Source: Rhizaria sp. SCN 62-66 (taxonomy: Eukaryota). From it: a stretch of DNA of 20,000 nucleotides. The DNA lies in the NCBI GenBank assembly GCA_001724265.1, contig MEDY01000121.1, forward strand, positions 50,926 to 70,925. Reading direction: 5' to 3'. Positions 19,437-20,000 of this stretch are shown piece after piece (the stretch's first letter is position 1; each line of letters opens with the position of its first letter). The position numbers and the translations under genes were made by a program. The notes beneath the pieces are model-generated. The model had not been told where the DNA came from. It worked only from the letters and a program-made list of their open reading frames with translations, and did no database searches.

Positions 19437-20000
19437 TGTTATCAAGTTTAAATAAGGACTTTGATAGTGAAGTCTATGAACTTTGCAAGGGTAACCCGTG
19501 AAAAGAACTAGACGGTCAATACCGGTCGTTATTCACGTTTTCCGCCGGAAACTTTCAGGAGCTCTCTCTTTGCGTGTTCGCAGCAAGCAAGGCAAGTTCG
19601 CAAAAAATCGTCTCGTCGCTGCTGACAATGGACACCATGGACAGTGATACGCAGATCAAGAGCGGAGTGAAATGATCGTCAACCGAGCTAAAAAACAACG
19701 ACTAAGCCACAGTTGGCGGCTGTATGAGCTGTACACCCCAAATGATTAAATCTCTTAAGGTCGGCAGTAGTGATATTCTTTAACTGATGACAATGACAAA
19801 ACATGTAAGCTCATGATCACTTTTTGCGATTGCTTTGGTTAAGGGTATAAAAAGGAAACGTGTATATAAGTCGCCTCGTTTCTTGCAGTCGCGCGAATAA
19901 CAGTCAGTAATGTAATTCCCGGGTTCTAAGACACTTTTTTACAACTCAAAAACCTCTCATCAACCCATCGATTTCGATAGCCTCAAACACCTTTTCGACA

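Noticed and set aside
1-20000. Prokaryotic systems, CRISPR arrays, transposase/RT genes, tRNA/rRNA, alternative genetic code
   Set aside because: No repeat-spacer arrays, mobile-element motifs or recognisable tRNA/rRNA seen. All gene models are free of in-frame stops and end in TAA or TGA; TAG usage cannot be tested here.

Overview
Eukaryotic genomic DNA, most likely a protist (inferred from gene architecture and a TTLL gene; the taxon cannot be named). Exons are GC-rich, introns and intergenic spacers are AT-rich, and the genetic code appears standard. Five spliced genes can be built with matching intron phases: (1) a 5'-truncated low-complexity/coiled-coil protein of >1790 aa (+, 1-5585); (2) a TTLL4/5-type tubulin glutamylase of ~1895 aa (+, 7195-13620, 5 exons); (3) a multi-EF-hand protein with two N-terminal C-x2-H-x7-C-x2-C motifs (-, 15717-14043); (4) a YIPF6-type Yip1 protein (+, 16449-17512); (5) a K/A/P-rich, highly acidic, probably nuclear or nucleolar protein (-, 19436-18036). 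The strongest unexplained signal is splicing: all 9 introns start GTACGY and 7 carry a distal CTCAC, while canonical GTAAGT/GTGAGT sites inside exons appear unused. Other leads are a speculative U1-snRNA-like structured segment at 6812-6930, a ~290-aa Asp-rich insertion in the TTLL catalytic core, the CHCC-finger/EF-hand architecture, and a T-tract followed by a structured element at 6094-6243. All calls were made by eye; no searches were run.
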